Source: Blastocystis sp. Blastoise
Taxonomy: Eukaryota > Protista > Bigyra: Opalinata
Assembly: GCA_039096225.1 (NCBI GenBank)
Contig: JBBPEB010000017.1
Location: 868,001 to 932,000 of the forward strand
DNA: 64,000 nt
Direction: 5' to 3'
Position 1 is the first letter of the stretch, and each line of letters begins with the position of its first letter. Positions 1-19,118 of the stretch are shown here, one piece after another. The notes under the pieces are model-generated. The model was given only the letters and a program-made list of their open reading frames with translations, had not been told where the DNA came from and ran no database searches. Made by a program: the position numbers and the translations under genes.

Positions 1-26
1 TTCTATATATTATTATATATATATAG

Positions 27-162
27 AAATACCAGTGATGTCTATTGATATCGCAGAGCATCATACTGATTCAAACAATTTCAGACCCTTTCAGCACATT
101 ATTCAGTATATATATATTGAATGCTCAACGTCTGCATACTTCTCGCTACTTGTCGAACTATT

Positions 163-247
<85 letters not shown>

Positions 248-642
248 CTTTTATATTAGTATATATCACAACACATATATTCATATATATTATATATTAA
301 TATAGTTTTCATCACTATATTCATACTCAATTATTATTCATAAACGTATTCCATTTCTTCAAAATATTATGATTCAATTCCCACGGGAATCATCACTATT
401 TCTTCAAGATCCTGTATGTCACTAATACTTATTCATTTATTAATATACATATATATATAGACATCTATTGCAGAAACGGTTTGGAATTGTATTCCAATCA
501 TTTTGGCAGCACTGTTCGTCACCATGATTGTGTTCTGTTTCATGATCCGAAAGTATATATTCTGTAAATTCTGTATATTATATATATTTATATATAGATA
601 TATTTCCCATGTTTTTGAGAGTATTTTTCATACATTTCGAAG

Positions 643-682
<40 letters not shown>

Positions 683-786
683 TGGTTTATATGATGCCCA
701 CCTTTGGAGCCCGCTTATTGATATCGACGAATCTCCCGCCACTCCCGCCACTGCCCGCCAATCACCTTCTTTTGACACAAAGATCG

Positions 787-830
<44 letters not shown>

Positions 831-882
831 CCCATTTACAGCAGAGTTTATGGATATTAAAAGGAGGTACAGATGGTATATA

Positions 883-924
<42 letters not shown>

Positions 925-1449
925 TATGTGGATTCGACCCTATTCAATTCCCAAAAGAAATGGACTCAAAAAGTATTGTTATACATATATATATATATAA
1001 CTACATATATATATAGGTTTATATTTTGGTATATTTCGGGTCCTTCTCCTGCTCTTCTGTGGTTGCCCGCCAGTTCATTCCCGGGAATAAGTTTCCCGGA
1101 TATACCTACCGATCTGGCTGCTGTAGCCAGAAAACCGCGGGAAAATAAAGATGTATGGTTTAAAGAAGCAGTATATATAGATGTTTGTTTTTTATTATAG
1201 CTTTTATATATATACTATTCTATATATGTATGTATATATATAATTATATTATTACTACCCTATTATGATTCACTTTGCGTATTATCACAATTATTTTCCC
1301 CTACCTTGAAGGTGGAATCCATTCACAATCCTCACAAAATACGAATCATTCTAAATCGTCGGAATATATATGTCGACTCTCTCCTCGCCTTTGCGACTCT
1401 CTCGGCAGGGGACCTCAGAAAAACAATCAAATTACAATTCACTGGAGAA

Positions 1450-1504
<55 letters not shown>

Positions 1505-1675
1505 TCTTTTTTCTCTGAATATATGTATATATATATTTATATATATAGCCAGGAGTTGACGCAGGTGGTGTCACTCGAGAATGGATTTATTTACTTATTC
1601 GAGAAATATTCACGGGAAAAATTTATTCTCAACCAATCTTTAAGTATGTTTTATTATTATTATTATTATTATCAG

Positions 1676-1774
<99 letters not shown>

Positions 1775-3301
1775 GTTTATTATTATTATGTTTATTATTA
1801 TTATTATATATAGTTATACATGTCGTGGTTATTTAAGTCCCCCAAATATCAAGGAAACAGATGAGCTCAGTAATATATATATATTCATGGGGAAATTGAT
1901 TGGTCGTGCTATATTTGAAGAAATTCCCATTGGACTACAATTTCATCCATTAATGTATTATTATATATATATATATATATATTTACATATCATTATAAGA
2001 AATATATTATATATATATCCTTTTCTTTCTCTATCCAATTCTCTTTATATATATAAATGTTACTTATATAGTTATAAGTCTATATTGTCCCTTCCTATTG
2101 GTTTAGAGGACTTATATTTGTTTAATCAGACCTATTTAAATAGCTATAGATATACACTAGAATCACAAGAAGAAGAACTCAAAGATCTAAATATATACTT
2201 CACTTATAGAGATGATCCAACATGTATATATATGCTTTATATATATATATGTTTAATTACATTATATTTATTATAAACATATTCAATTTTATATATACTA
2301 TTCTATACTATATTATACTAGATTATACTATAGCTCCCCTGTCAACTTCTCCTGTTCCTATCAAATTAGATACTGGACTTAATCCATCAGACCCTCAATA
2401 TAAAGAACTATTAGATCTACGAACTATGGAGAAAAACACAATTCAAGTGGAAACTATAGAAGCAACAGACGATCACGAGTTTAATAATAATAATATTCAT
2501 GTGAATAATACGGATAGAGAGTGTGTTTCTGTATCTCCCATCACTCCTGTCTCATTTCCTCCAATCAAACGGCATAGTAGTGACGCGTCATCACCTCATA
2601 GTATCTCTGCAATGATCCCTCAATTAGATCCCTCATCAGTCAATGACAGAGACGCGTCACAGAGGGATTGTAGAATAGAAACTGATGAAGAGAAAGAGAA
2701 GAATTCTATTCACAACCGTGGAAATAATCGTGGAAATTCAGTACGAAATGATGCTGTTGAAGATATGTCAGTTAAGAATCCCTCAACGATCCCTCCTGCC
2801 GTTGAAATTAATTCCTTAATGGAGGGAAATGTTCCCACCAATCGGCATAGTAGTATAGATAAAGATATAAAAGAATTAACACAGTATTATGACGATATTC
2901 GCGGGGAAGTGTCTATTGATGTCGAAGGACAGCATTTCCATTCATATGAGAATAACCGTGGGGATAAGAGATATTCTGACGATATAGAGCATGAATTAAT
3001 TGAAGGAGGTCGAGATATACAAGTATATATATATATCATTATTCATATTTTTATATTCATATTATTATTCATATTATTATTATTCTATAGGTATCTGTTG
3101 AGAATCGAGACATGTATATATTATATATGTTAAGACACATGTATTTCGAACGATATTCATATTTCATTGGTTGTTTTCTTCACGGATTATTCACTGTGAT
3201 CCCTCGGGTATTCTTAGAATTCTATTTCCTATATATATATATATAGGAATTCTTTATGATCTATACAGAAGAAGAACTCAAATTAAAAGTTGAAGGAGAA
3301 T

Positions 3302-3354
<53 letters not shown>

Positions 3355-3885
3355 AGCAATTGATGTAAATGATTGGCGGGAACACACAGTTTACGCGGGA
3401 ATATTCTCTTCTTATCATCCTTCTGTTATTGTAAGTGTATATATAATTATATGAATAATAATATATAGTCTTTTTGGCATATTCTAGAGACACTTCCAAC
3501 TGTCTTATTATCGCGGTTATTACGGTTTTCAACTGGATATATAGTCCCTCCTGTATATATATTATTTTATAAGATATAGATAATAATATATCTATTATCT
3601 ATAGCCTGGAGGATTTCAAAGTTTAAAAGGCCCTGAAGGCCGTTATATTCCGTTTTGTCTCTCTTCGTTACCCGAACAACAGTATTTCAGAAATCCAGAC
3701 AAAAATCACTTGTTTATTCGCTCACACACCTGCTTTCATAAACTCGAAATACCAATTTGCTCAGAAAGTGTATTTAATATATATATATAGAGTGATAACA
3801 AAAATCATATATATAGTCATTAAGATGTATATTAATTGGATTATTAGAGAACGAAGAAGCTCTATTTGGATTTGATGAAGAATAA
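27..3885 (+). CDS. HECT-domain E3 ubiquitin ligase, 5'-partial, multi-exon, with a predicted TM helix upstream of the HECT domain
   Basis: Spliced GT-AG exons give the HECT motifs [21 protein letters not shown]|[43 protein letters not shown], catalytic [12 protein letters not shown] and C-terminal FGFDEE*. Stop TAA at 3883-3885. The first visible exon follows an AG at 25-26, so the start lies upstream of the window. Confidence 0.93.
1652..1805 (+). repeat. (TAT)n microsatellite in a HECT intron
   Basis: Direct inspection. Confidence 0.95.
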
Positions 3886-4115
3886 ATATATTATATATAT
3901 ATTCTATCTATTATTATTACTATTATTAATATGAATTAAAAATGAATTCTAGTTGTGTAATGAAAACAATAATTCAATTAAAATAGTCATATAACAAAAA
4001 GAAACATAAATACAATATAATATATCTAATTAATTGTTTTAAAAGTGGAAACTAAAATAAATTGATTCTAAATCATTAAAGAAAGCGATAGAATATTATA
4101 TATATATATATATGT

Positions 4116-8784
<4,669 letters not shown>

Positions 8785-9451
8785 TATTAAACAATCAACT
8801 TATTAATGAGTATGGATATCTTGTATTCTTGAAGATAATACACAATTTTTTTTTGTAGACTTTTTAAAAAAGGATTCCCGTTGTTCAATAAGCTAATACA
8901 CTTTGTTTTTCATATTTCCCAGAATTATTTTTGTTCATCATAATTACTATTAAGCTAAGTCATTCATATTGATTTTATGAATAAAATCTTTTAATTTTCT
9001 CGTATAGTTGTCATATAGCTATTTTATCTGATAAAATTATAAAATGAAAACTGACAAAAAAAATTAAAATGTGTAAAAGTAGTTAATTAATGTCTGAGAT
9101 CAATTCGGCGTCGAATCTTTGCATGATTTATTCACTATTTTGTTAAAACCAAACTTATATTGTAAAAAATCATTATTATAAAAGAGTGATTAAGAGGGGA
9201 AAAAATGGAATACAAAAATAAAATGGGACAAAGAAAAGAATTCTGTGAAATTTTTATTTCTCCCTAGGGAAATAAGTAAAATGAAATATCGATTCACGAC
9301 AAGTTTTCAAAAAAATGGAAGAAAAAGAATTATACATAAGAGTTCATACAAAAAAAACGTTTCTTAAAAGAATGTTGACCTAACGTGCACTTTGTTTTTT
9401 CATATTTTTATCATATCTATATTTTGAGTATAAGTGGAATACTAAACCAAG

Positions 9452-10259
9452 ATGCAACCCATTTTTCTTAGACGTGCTTTAACTCCTCTTGCCAACCAAA
9501 TCAAGGTTGTCGCTATGCGTAAAACTCCTTCTGTAATGGAAAAACCTCTCACTTACCTTGAAGAACAATATGCTAGAGGTAGATTTGTATCTCCCCATAT
9601 TTCCATCTACAAAAATCATTGGGCTACTTTATCTTCTGGTTGCCACCGTTTAACTGGTCTTGGTCTTTGGTTAGGTATTTTTGATGAATTACTTTTATTT
9701 AAATTATTCTTTTTAACAAATAACACATAATTTTCTAGTTTTTCATTATTTTATTCTTAATGTATATGTATTTTAGGTTTTGTTACTATTGGTTGTGCTG
9801 CTGCTTGTACTGTTAATGTTGATAACTGTATTAATTGGTGTAGATTACATCCTATGATTAATTATCCTTTCAAATTCTTCCTTACTTATGCTTTTGGTTA
9901 TCACGTAGTTTGTGGTACTAGACATCTTGTATATATATAAAATCAAAATTTTATGCATCCTTCAAAGACAGACATTTATTATTATTATAACTAATATATG
10001 TAGTATCCCTTTTTTTTTTTTTTTTTAATTTTTTTATTATTATTTATAAAGATTGTTTATTTAAAAATAATTCTCTTTATATACTATATCATAACATTAT
10101 TCTATATTTATTATCTAGTTCTTTGATTTCTATCCTGAAAAACTTACTTGGAAGAACATTCAAACCTCCTCCATCTGTATCATTTGGGGTATGGCTGTTG
10201 TTGCCCTTCTTGCTGCCTGCTTAAAATTAAAGCCTCTTGAAGATAAGAAGAAGAATTAA
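9452..10259 (+). CDS. SDHC: Succinate dehydrogenase cytochrome b subunit (complex II subunit C), 3 exons, with a basic N-terminal organellar presequence
   Basis: RFVSPHISIY, SSGCHRLTG and YHVVCGTRHL motifs, three hydrophobic segments, N-terminus MQPIFLRRALTPLANQIKVVAMRK. Stop at 10257-10259. Confidence 0.93.
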
Positions 10260-10501
10260 ATTATTCAACTTATGTAGAATTCATGTATTAGAACATTTAT
10301 ATATTTCATTTTATTAACTTATAAAAACTTTTATTCCTGTGTTTTGTATTATTCATACTTTTTTTTTTAATTCATTTGATTTTATTAATACTTTTTGTAT
10401 ACAACAATACAAATAAGAAGTAATATCTTTATACTTGAAAACTAAGACAATAATAGTATAGAATAATAAGTCTCTTTTTTTAAAGAGTTAGTGCACATAT
10501 A

Positions 10502-12975
10502 TTAGATACAAGATTGTATAGTATGAATATTCACATTGACATAAGAGGAGAGGGTGATATTACGACATACCCAAGGCTCCGAAGTCTCGAGATGTATATC
10601 CTCAATACGAATATCACTAGCATGCCAATCAGAATCCTCAAATCCCTATAGAGTGATGTATATTATATATATTATATATAGATTTATAGTGTATATATTA
10701 TATATATATAATATATATATATATATATACTTCAAGAAGTCCAGGTGTATTTGTGATTGTTCCTGTAGCATTTTGAAGAGATACATGATCTAATAGAGGA
10801 AGTATTGTACCTGTATATCCTATATATAGAATAGTATATATAGATTACTATATATTTATTATATATATATATACCAGTACGTCTTTGATTGTGTTTACTA
10901 TAAATAACAAATAAATATTTTGCGGTTTGTACTTGAATATCCTTATAAGATATGTCGTGCACGTGACCTCCTCGTCCAAGAGCCAGCTTAATGCCTAACG
11001 CACGAACAGCATCGACAACATCGATATGGTTACAAACAACGTCCGATATACCTCCACTGGTCTCACTACCAATAGCTATAGCACTATATATAATCATATG
11101 ATATATATATATATAATAATAAAATTATATATATAATAATAATAAAATTATGTTAAAAAAATAATAAAACTATAGATATAACAATAATAAATAAATATAT
11201 ATAATAATAATAAATCTATATATAATAATAAACCTATATATATAATAATAAACCTATATATATAATAATAAACCTATATATATATATATATACCTTCTAA
11301 AGGGTGCAATACATTGTAGTTGTTGTATATATATATGTGTAGAAGGAGTATTATAATCAAGACCGATGTCATCCCAACCACTTTTTATAGCTATACAATC
11401 ATCACCACTCTCTATATGAAGATCTATATATATATATATATATATATAGTATAAACATTGAAGAAACAATAAAGAAATAAAAATAGGCATATATATAACT
11501 GAACAAATAATATATATATTATTATATAATTAAACATAACCACAAAAATAGTTTTTATTATATACACTTAGTTTAATAATAATAATAGCATATATATATA
11601 CTATTTAAATAAACATATTGGCACGAGTCAGGGACAACACCATCTGTATTTGGCGCCAATCTCTCGTCTCTCCTTCCCTCCAAATGATCCTTATTCATAG
11701 AATCTAACATATTCTTTATTATCTTCTGCATACTATATAAATATTGAAGTTTCTTTGGTACACCTAAAGCCTTATTGAAATCATAAAAAGACCGCTGGTA
11801 AAAACGTCCTTTGGTAGGGAGATATTCTGTTGTTGGATTATATATAGAAACAGAAGTCATATATATATATGAAGAAGTATAAAGATGAACGGTCCAAAAT
11901 GGAGAACAAAACAGAGAAATATCCGATATCTATGTATTATATATGTAATAAAACGAATGAAATATTATATATATATACATGGATATTATTTGAATATGCA
12001 ACTTCAATTATATGAGGACGTGTATACCTATATATATATAAAGTAAGCTATTTATATAATGATTAAATTATATATAATAACTATATTATATATAATGACT
12101 ATATTATATATAATGACTATATTATATATAATAACTATATTAGTTATAAAAAAACTAAGTATATACATATATATAATAATCAGAATCAGAATAATCAAAA
12201 TAGAAAATATATATATATATATATATACATTAATTGTTTATTTTGGAATTGAAGCCACCAGAAAAGTCCTTGACCGTTAATAGATCCCCCACCAGTTATA
12301 TGTGCATCCGTAACATTATAAAGTTCAATTATATTATGATAACGAGGACTATTTATATAGCAAATACATTTTTAAAAGAATGAATAAAAAAGAATGAATA
12401 AAAAAGAATGAATAAAAAAGAATGAATAAAAAAGAATGAATAAAAAAGAATGAATAAAAAAGAATGAATAAAAAAGAATGAATAAAAAAGAATGAATAAA
12501 AAACATACCCTGGCATTTCACGACCTTGACCGTAACTAGGAAGCCAATGAATCAATGGATAATTGTTAATATCAGTTGTAGCAGATAATTCAGCATATGG
12601 TAAAATACATAGAGTCGTATAAGAAGTGAGATTAAACGGATTCACGACATATTGACCTTTTTCAAAGACAATAATTAAGTGTTCCCCAGCACTCCTATTC
12701 TGAGCAAATAATGTCATTTGATCTTCCAATAATGAAGTAACTAAAAACGAATTCTTTCTTTCATCACGAGATAACTTATCATCCATAAACGCATATCTTG
12801 ATCTACGTTGTGCCTTACATATTTGTGTATAATTCACAGTAGGACTTCGAACAAAACTCTGAGTAATTAATTCTTTTGGTGAATGAATATTGAAATAGGT
12901 AAATAAAACAACTTGTGCAACCAAGAAAAACCCACAGATACTAAAATAAAGTACCCTTCTTCCTTGAGGCGTCAT
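10502..12975 (-). CDS. Glycoside hydrolase family 28 polygalacturonase-like protein with an N-terminal signal anchor
   Basis: Motifs GSINGQGLFWW, TRPHII, SPFWTVH, APNTDG, SGDDCIAIKSGWD, IAIGSETSGG and GIKLALGRGG on spliced exons. N-terminal hydrophobic stretch VLYFSICGFFLVAQVVLFTYF. Stop at 10502-10504. Confidence 0.92.
12378..12503. repeat. 14-bp minisatellite GAATGAATAAAAAA x9 in the first GH28 intron
   Basis: Nine head-to-tail copies with no spacers. Confidence 0.92.
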
Positions 12976-14461
12976 TCTTGCACGAAAAAAAGAAATTATT
13001 TTTTGAGATTGTATTGCTTCTCTTTCATGATAGAAAAAGTTTATATTAGTTTTATATAACTTATTTCACTTCTGGAACTATAAGCAAGAAGATAATTCCA
13101 TATAAATCTTCAACTAACAGTCGTTCCACGTAATCATTATTGAAAAATTCTTATTTTTATTATTTGATATATTAAATAGCTTTATCATTGTATCTCAAGT
13201 GAATCAAAAAAGAAATGATATTCATTGTAGAAAAAGTCGAAACAATTGTTAGATTTGAAACTACTGTCAATATTGATAGTAGCAAATTACATGCTCTAGA
13301 CTTTATTTCAATACCATTGGGAACTGAAAAAGATTCAATATGTATAAATATCACAAAAAAAACATGAATCATCTTTTTATATCTCAGAAACATTTTTTAA
13401 TACTATCTATTATTAGATGATATTCTCGTATATAATAAAAATTATGAGGAAATGTATATATTATGAAATAAAAAGGATAAACAGTTTTTCATTGTCACTA
13501 TCATTTAATATATGTAGATTACACGTATAACAATCCTTTTATTCTTAAGAAAAAGCATATATATATATCTTATTCACACTCCTTTTCTTTCGAAATCACT
13601 CTACTTAATAGTATCATAGTATTCATTTAAATATAAATAAAAATAGTAATAAATTAAATATCATATTTATTATATATTAATATTCACTTAGTCTAAAGAT
13701 GAATATATATAGAAAAATGAGGAAAAATGATTTGTTTTATAATGATGAATAATTATTGTTAAAATAATGAAAACATTTACTGATTTATTATTCAATTAAA
13801 TAGCGAATTGGAAACTAATAAGAAATCATATTACAAAAATAACAAATAAGCAAATCGAAAAAACATAGTATATAAAAACAAGACAAAGCCAACAGATTTA
13901 TATCTCAAAGAAATTTAGACAACTGATCTCAGTAATAGTCTATGACTAAAGAGTCTCTTATACAGAATATCAAATCATGAGAAATTTCACTATTAAAAAG
14001 TGATTTAGATTGCCATCAATTCTAGAGAATCAATCTCTCGCTTATCTATTATACGAAATTATTAATTTTGCATCATTTTGTCGCATTTGAATCATGAAAA
14101 AAGGACGATCACCGAGTAAACGACATTTTCTATTTTTCTTTAATAAATAGATTCCACTCATAACATTATTTTTAATGATCTATAATACATAAATATTAAA
14201 TACTGAAGATTCAACAGCAAAAAGAATAGAACAATCAAAAACCAAGATTATTCATTTCCCTGGTTTTTGGTAAAAATATAAAGAGTTTTATCTAGAAAAC
14301 AGTGGGAATAAGCAAACTAGCATTTCTTCTATTTGATATTTTGTTTATAACACTTGTCATTTTATATATAGAATATAGAGCAAACAAGTTTTTTAATAAA
14401 GAAGAATATATAGAGTTATATCAGATACATAAAACTCAAAAACTCAATAACAATTGCTACA

Positions 14462-15173
14462 ATGAATTCCGAGTCTTACCAAAGTGATCAACCTTTAAGT
14501 GAATTAACTGATTTAGAGAGCTATAGAAGAGTATCTACATGATTCCATACTATATTTATTCTTTCTATAGAAAAAGAAAGTGAATTCTAATGAGTGTTGT
14601 GAGATGTAAATAATTATTTTATTGTCTTATTATATCCTATATCCTATTTTTCATTTTTTAGATATCAATCTTATGATATTGGTACAGGTGGTGAAAGTTA
14701 TTGGAATGTGTATGATCTCAAAAACTATACATCTGATCGTATTCAACTTCTACATCGAATTATCGAATTAATTACAACTGGATCACTTCCAAAGTATATT
14801 ATTTTTTATATTATATATATAATATAGTGGTATTATTGATATTCGTTATATAAAAATGAGTGACGAATTCAAACAAATTATATTTATTTCAGAACATATG
14901 GAAGACACTCTTTTAGAGTATATTATTATGTTTATTATATGTTTATTATGTTGATTATTATATTTATTATTATATTTATTATTATATTTATTATTATATT
15001 TATTATTATATTTATAATAATATATACTATATATATAAAGGATATTTCGTGTGATATTGGTGCGTGCGGGGTTGCTACGTAAGTATATCGGTAATATCCT
15101 CTCTATTCTCGAGGACCTCCATATAAACACGAACGCGAAACGACCCTACCCCATCGTACATGGAGCTATAAGG

Positions 15174-15268
<95 letters not shown>

Positions 15269-15971
15269 CTACTACTATATTATTAAATCGATGCAGTGGG
15301 GGTCTTAAGCTGACGAACTTCTTTTGGATGAGAGAACTAAAACCATCCAATCAGAATACAGATCAATCGATGACGGAGAATGCATCAGATCCATCATTAG
15401 AATTATATTTCTCTGCTGCACAAAATACAACTGAAACTAGTATATATATATATATATATATATATCCTATTATTTCTCATATCTAGATCCCCGTGATTAT
15501 TTCCCTGCAGAAGTATGGAAGAGATCGAGTTGGGGTGTTCATATCGATATATATGCCTTGGGCATCAGTCTCCTTCATCTCCTCTATCAACAACTACCGT
15601 ATATATATATATATACATATATATATATTCATATATATATATGTATATAGATATGAAGATTTAACTACTGAACAATTTATTGAAGCTGTTACTCATGTAT
15701 ATATACATATATATCTATATTAGCCTTATTCTCATTATATATATATATATATATATATAGCATCAGTTACCAAAGTGTATGGAATCCCTCGAAAGCACCT
15801 GCCCCGATTTGGCACATTTTATTGAACTTTGCTTGCAACCTGAAGTATATATATATATATATATAACTATATATATATATAGAGTTCTTGTCCTTCTTTA
15901 AGTACCCTCAGAGATCATGCCTTTATGAAAGACAAAGATAATAATGATCCTATCGAAATAGAAAAACATAG

Positions 15972-16016
<45 letters not shown>

Positions 16017-17356
16017 AGTACAGAATCTATTCAAACAGGAATACCTCCATTATTGGCGTTAGCGTGCACGCAGCCTCTGTCACAAGAAATAAAGAATGGC
16101 GAGAACCATGCCGGGCAAGTTGTACCTCCTCCATCCCCCGCTGCGTCATCTACTGTTGCTTCATCAGAAGTTGATTCCGTACATAATAATAATACTACGA
16201 AACAAGTTGTATCATCCAATGAAATGAGTGATCCTGAGAATAGTATTCCTGTGCATGTGACTACAGCATATCCTCCATTACCTGATTTCCCACTTCCTTC
16301 TTCTACTAATAATATTATGAATATTCCACTTCCTCCTCCTTCTACTACTAGTATCATAAATACACCTCCTCCTTCTACTAATAATATAAATGCTTCTTCT
16401 TCTACTAATAATATAAATGCTTCTTCTTCTTCTTCTACTAATATAAATACTCCTTCTTCTACTCCCTCCTTTGCATCTGTCGCTTCTACTCCGTCTCCTC
16501 CTTCTCCTTCTCCTCTTTCTATGTCTATTCCTATAGACATCCGTCAGGCTCTCACTTCTCAATCGGTTCCTCTGACTCTAGGGGGTATTATGTCATCTCC
16601 AAATACATCTCTACAATATCCATCTATTCCTCCCTCTACAGAAAACTCAGATATCACCATTCCTCTCCTCTCTACACTACAGAAATGTACCTCAACTACA
16701 TGTCCTCCTCCTCTTTGTCTTCCAAATATATCATCATCATCATCATCATCATTAAGTACAACGACTACTTCACTGTCTACACAAAACATCAAGGTCAATA
16801 CACAACAAAAAGAACCATCGTCGTTCTCTTTCGATCTCCCGCCTCTAGCTCCCCTCTCTATTCCCGCCAATCATCAATATATCCCGCCATCTCTACATCC
16901 CCCTACACCGAGTGTCACAGGCCTCTCGCCTCCCCTATCGCCAAAGTCTATTCTCCAACCCTCTCCCACTTTCTCTCTTCCTATACTTCTCGTAGATACC
17001 AATAATATTAATAATAATAATAATAATATTAATAATAATAGTATTAATAATAATAATAATATTAATAACAATATTTCAGATAATAATAATAATACCATTC
17101 CATTGAATACCGTTAGTACGGGTCTACTTCATAAATCATTCACACAACCCTCTTCTGTTCCTGACCCCCCCGCGTCACAAATATCTATGCTCCCAGTCAT
17201 GCCTGTGACGCAGGATGTGTCACCTAAGGAGACGAAGGATGCGTCATTCACCGATGTTCCTCTTAATAGACCTGCTCTGTCAACTACTTCAACTCCTCCA
17301 GAGAATGTTCTTTCGAAATCGACCTTAGAAATCGCCAATATTCAACCCTCTATTCC

Positions 17357-17407
<51 letters not shown>

Positions 17408-19118
17408 TTTCTTTAGGACTTCAAATGTTTCTACTGACTCCACTTCAGGTATATATATATTATTATTATTATTATTATTATATAGTATTATCTAATGATG
17501 TAACGGAGTTCCATTCATTAACATATATTATTACTCTGTATCTCTCTTATAATGCCCTCTTCTCGATCCCAGTTACCGCCACCAATCCCGCCAAATATAT
17601 TCGACTCACCGTCCCCTTTAATCCCCTGCATGACACACCTCAATCCATCATCTCTGTGATCTGTCATAAACTGCATCTAACGGAAAGCAAAGAAATTGAA
17701 AAGGAAATTCAGGCGGGGTTATTTGCCGCGCTCAAGGAACAAATGAGGAAAGCATTACGTAATATCAAAGGAGATGTATATATATATTATATATTATATA
17801 CTATATATATAGAAATGTCCCTGTGGAATGATTCATCAAGACCCTACTATTGGTATATATATATATATATATATATTATTACTATTATTATTATTATTAT
17901 TATTATTATTTTGTAGAAACTGTTGCTGACCGTTATGCTTTTGTAACGGTTGTGTTCTACATTCAAGCTTCTCTATTGGTCCCTTCTTTACCCTCGACCT
18001 ATTGTACTCTTAAAATGACTATTTCCCCGCGGGAATCAACAGAGTCTATAGCCAATGAGATACTCAAGACGATCAAAGGAATTCGAAAAGAAAGTAATTT
18101 ACAAGAACTGAATTCTGCTGAAGAAACCTTAATTATCAACGAAGTTCGAAATAAACTTGATTTCCATGTATATTCTTATTATATGTTTTATATAATTATA
18201 TATATATATATATATATATATAGTTTTATCAGCCAATTCGTTTATTTACTAAGACTAATACTGGTATATATATATATTATATTATATTATATATATTAAT
18301 AATAGCCATCATAATATATATATATATATATATAGGTGATCATCTTCCCTCCTTTTGTATATCTCACCCATCCTCGTCATTCGATTATAAGCAAGTCGCG
18401 GATTCGTCACTCTCTATTTCCCTCCCTCTTCCCGCCATCCCGCCCTCCACCGTCTCTACCTCTATCTCACTCTCTATCCCATTCTCAGAATTATCAAATA
18501 ACCGCGAGGAACTCAAACAATATATATTAAATACCCTACAAAATACAGTCAGTAATGCTATCTATATTCAAATGAAAGGAAATATTCAAGGTATTATTGA
18601 TGAGGTATGTAGTATTATGTTTATTATTATGTATTATTATGTATTATTATTATGTTTATTATGTTTATTATTATGGTTATTATTATTATTATTATGTTTA
18701 TTATTATTAATATAGATTCTCCAATTCATTCCTACTTCAGTTTTACCTTCTCTCTCTAACTGTATATATATATATATATATATATATACCTATTCATCTA
18801 TAATGATATCCCCTACCTACAGCGTCTGATCATTCCTCACCCCAGGTCGTCATCGGTTCTCCCGCCTATTCCGACGGGCGATATACTGTTCCCTTCGCAT
18901 TTCCCACGGGGTATTTTGGTGATTGTCAACAATTCGAGCTTCGTACACATGTGACCTACTCGAAGAGTAAAGACACACGTGATGATTTCTATGATAATTT
19001 ATTGTCTTTTATTGAGACAGATACAGGGATCCAAGTGAATGCGACATTTGATGATACTTATAGACAAGCATTATATAGTCTGATTGACGATGCCATTCTT
19101 AAATGTAATCAAAACTAA
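14462..19118 (+). CDS. NRBP/WNK-like pseudokinase with a long Pro/Ser-rich linker and repeated C-terminal CCT-like domains
   Basis: Spliced kinase fold: GESYWNVY, IIFISEHM, PIVHGAIR (HRD->HGA), LKLTNFF (DFG->NFF), YFPAEVW, IDIYALGISLL, FIELCL. Stop at 19116-19118. Confidence 0.75.

Noticed and set aside
35-1813. Many ORF-track proteins rich in YIYIYI, poly-Y or poly-I (here and throughout the window)
   Set aside because: They are stop-free translations of intronic (TA)n and (TAT)n microsatellites. The real exons join around them at GT-AG sites.
12378-12503. Direct-repeat arrays as CRISPR (also 24508-24645 and 55373-55660)
   Set aside because: Head-to-tail units with no spacers, inside eukaryotic introns or CDS, and no cas genes.
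12976-14461. Short ORFs in long intergenic regions (13172-13393 and 14302-14487; also 53749-53940)
   Set aside because: No recognisable motifs or consistent exon structure. These are probably promoter or UTR DNA; an ncRNA cannot be excluded without a covariance search.
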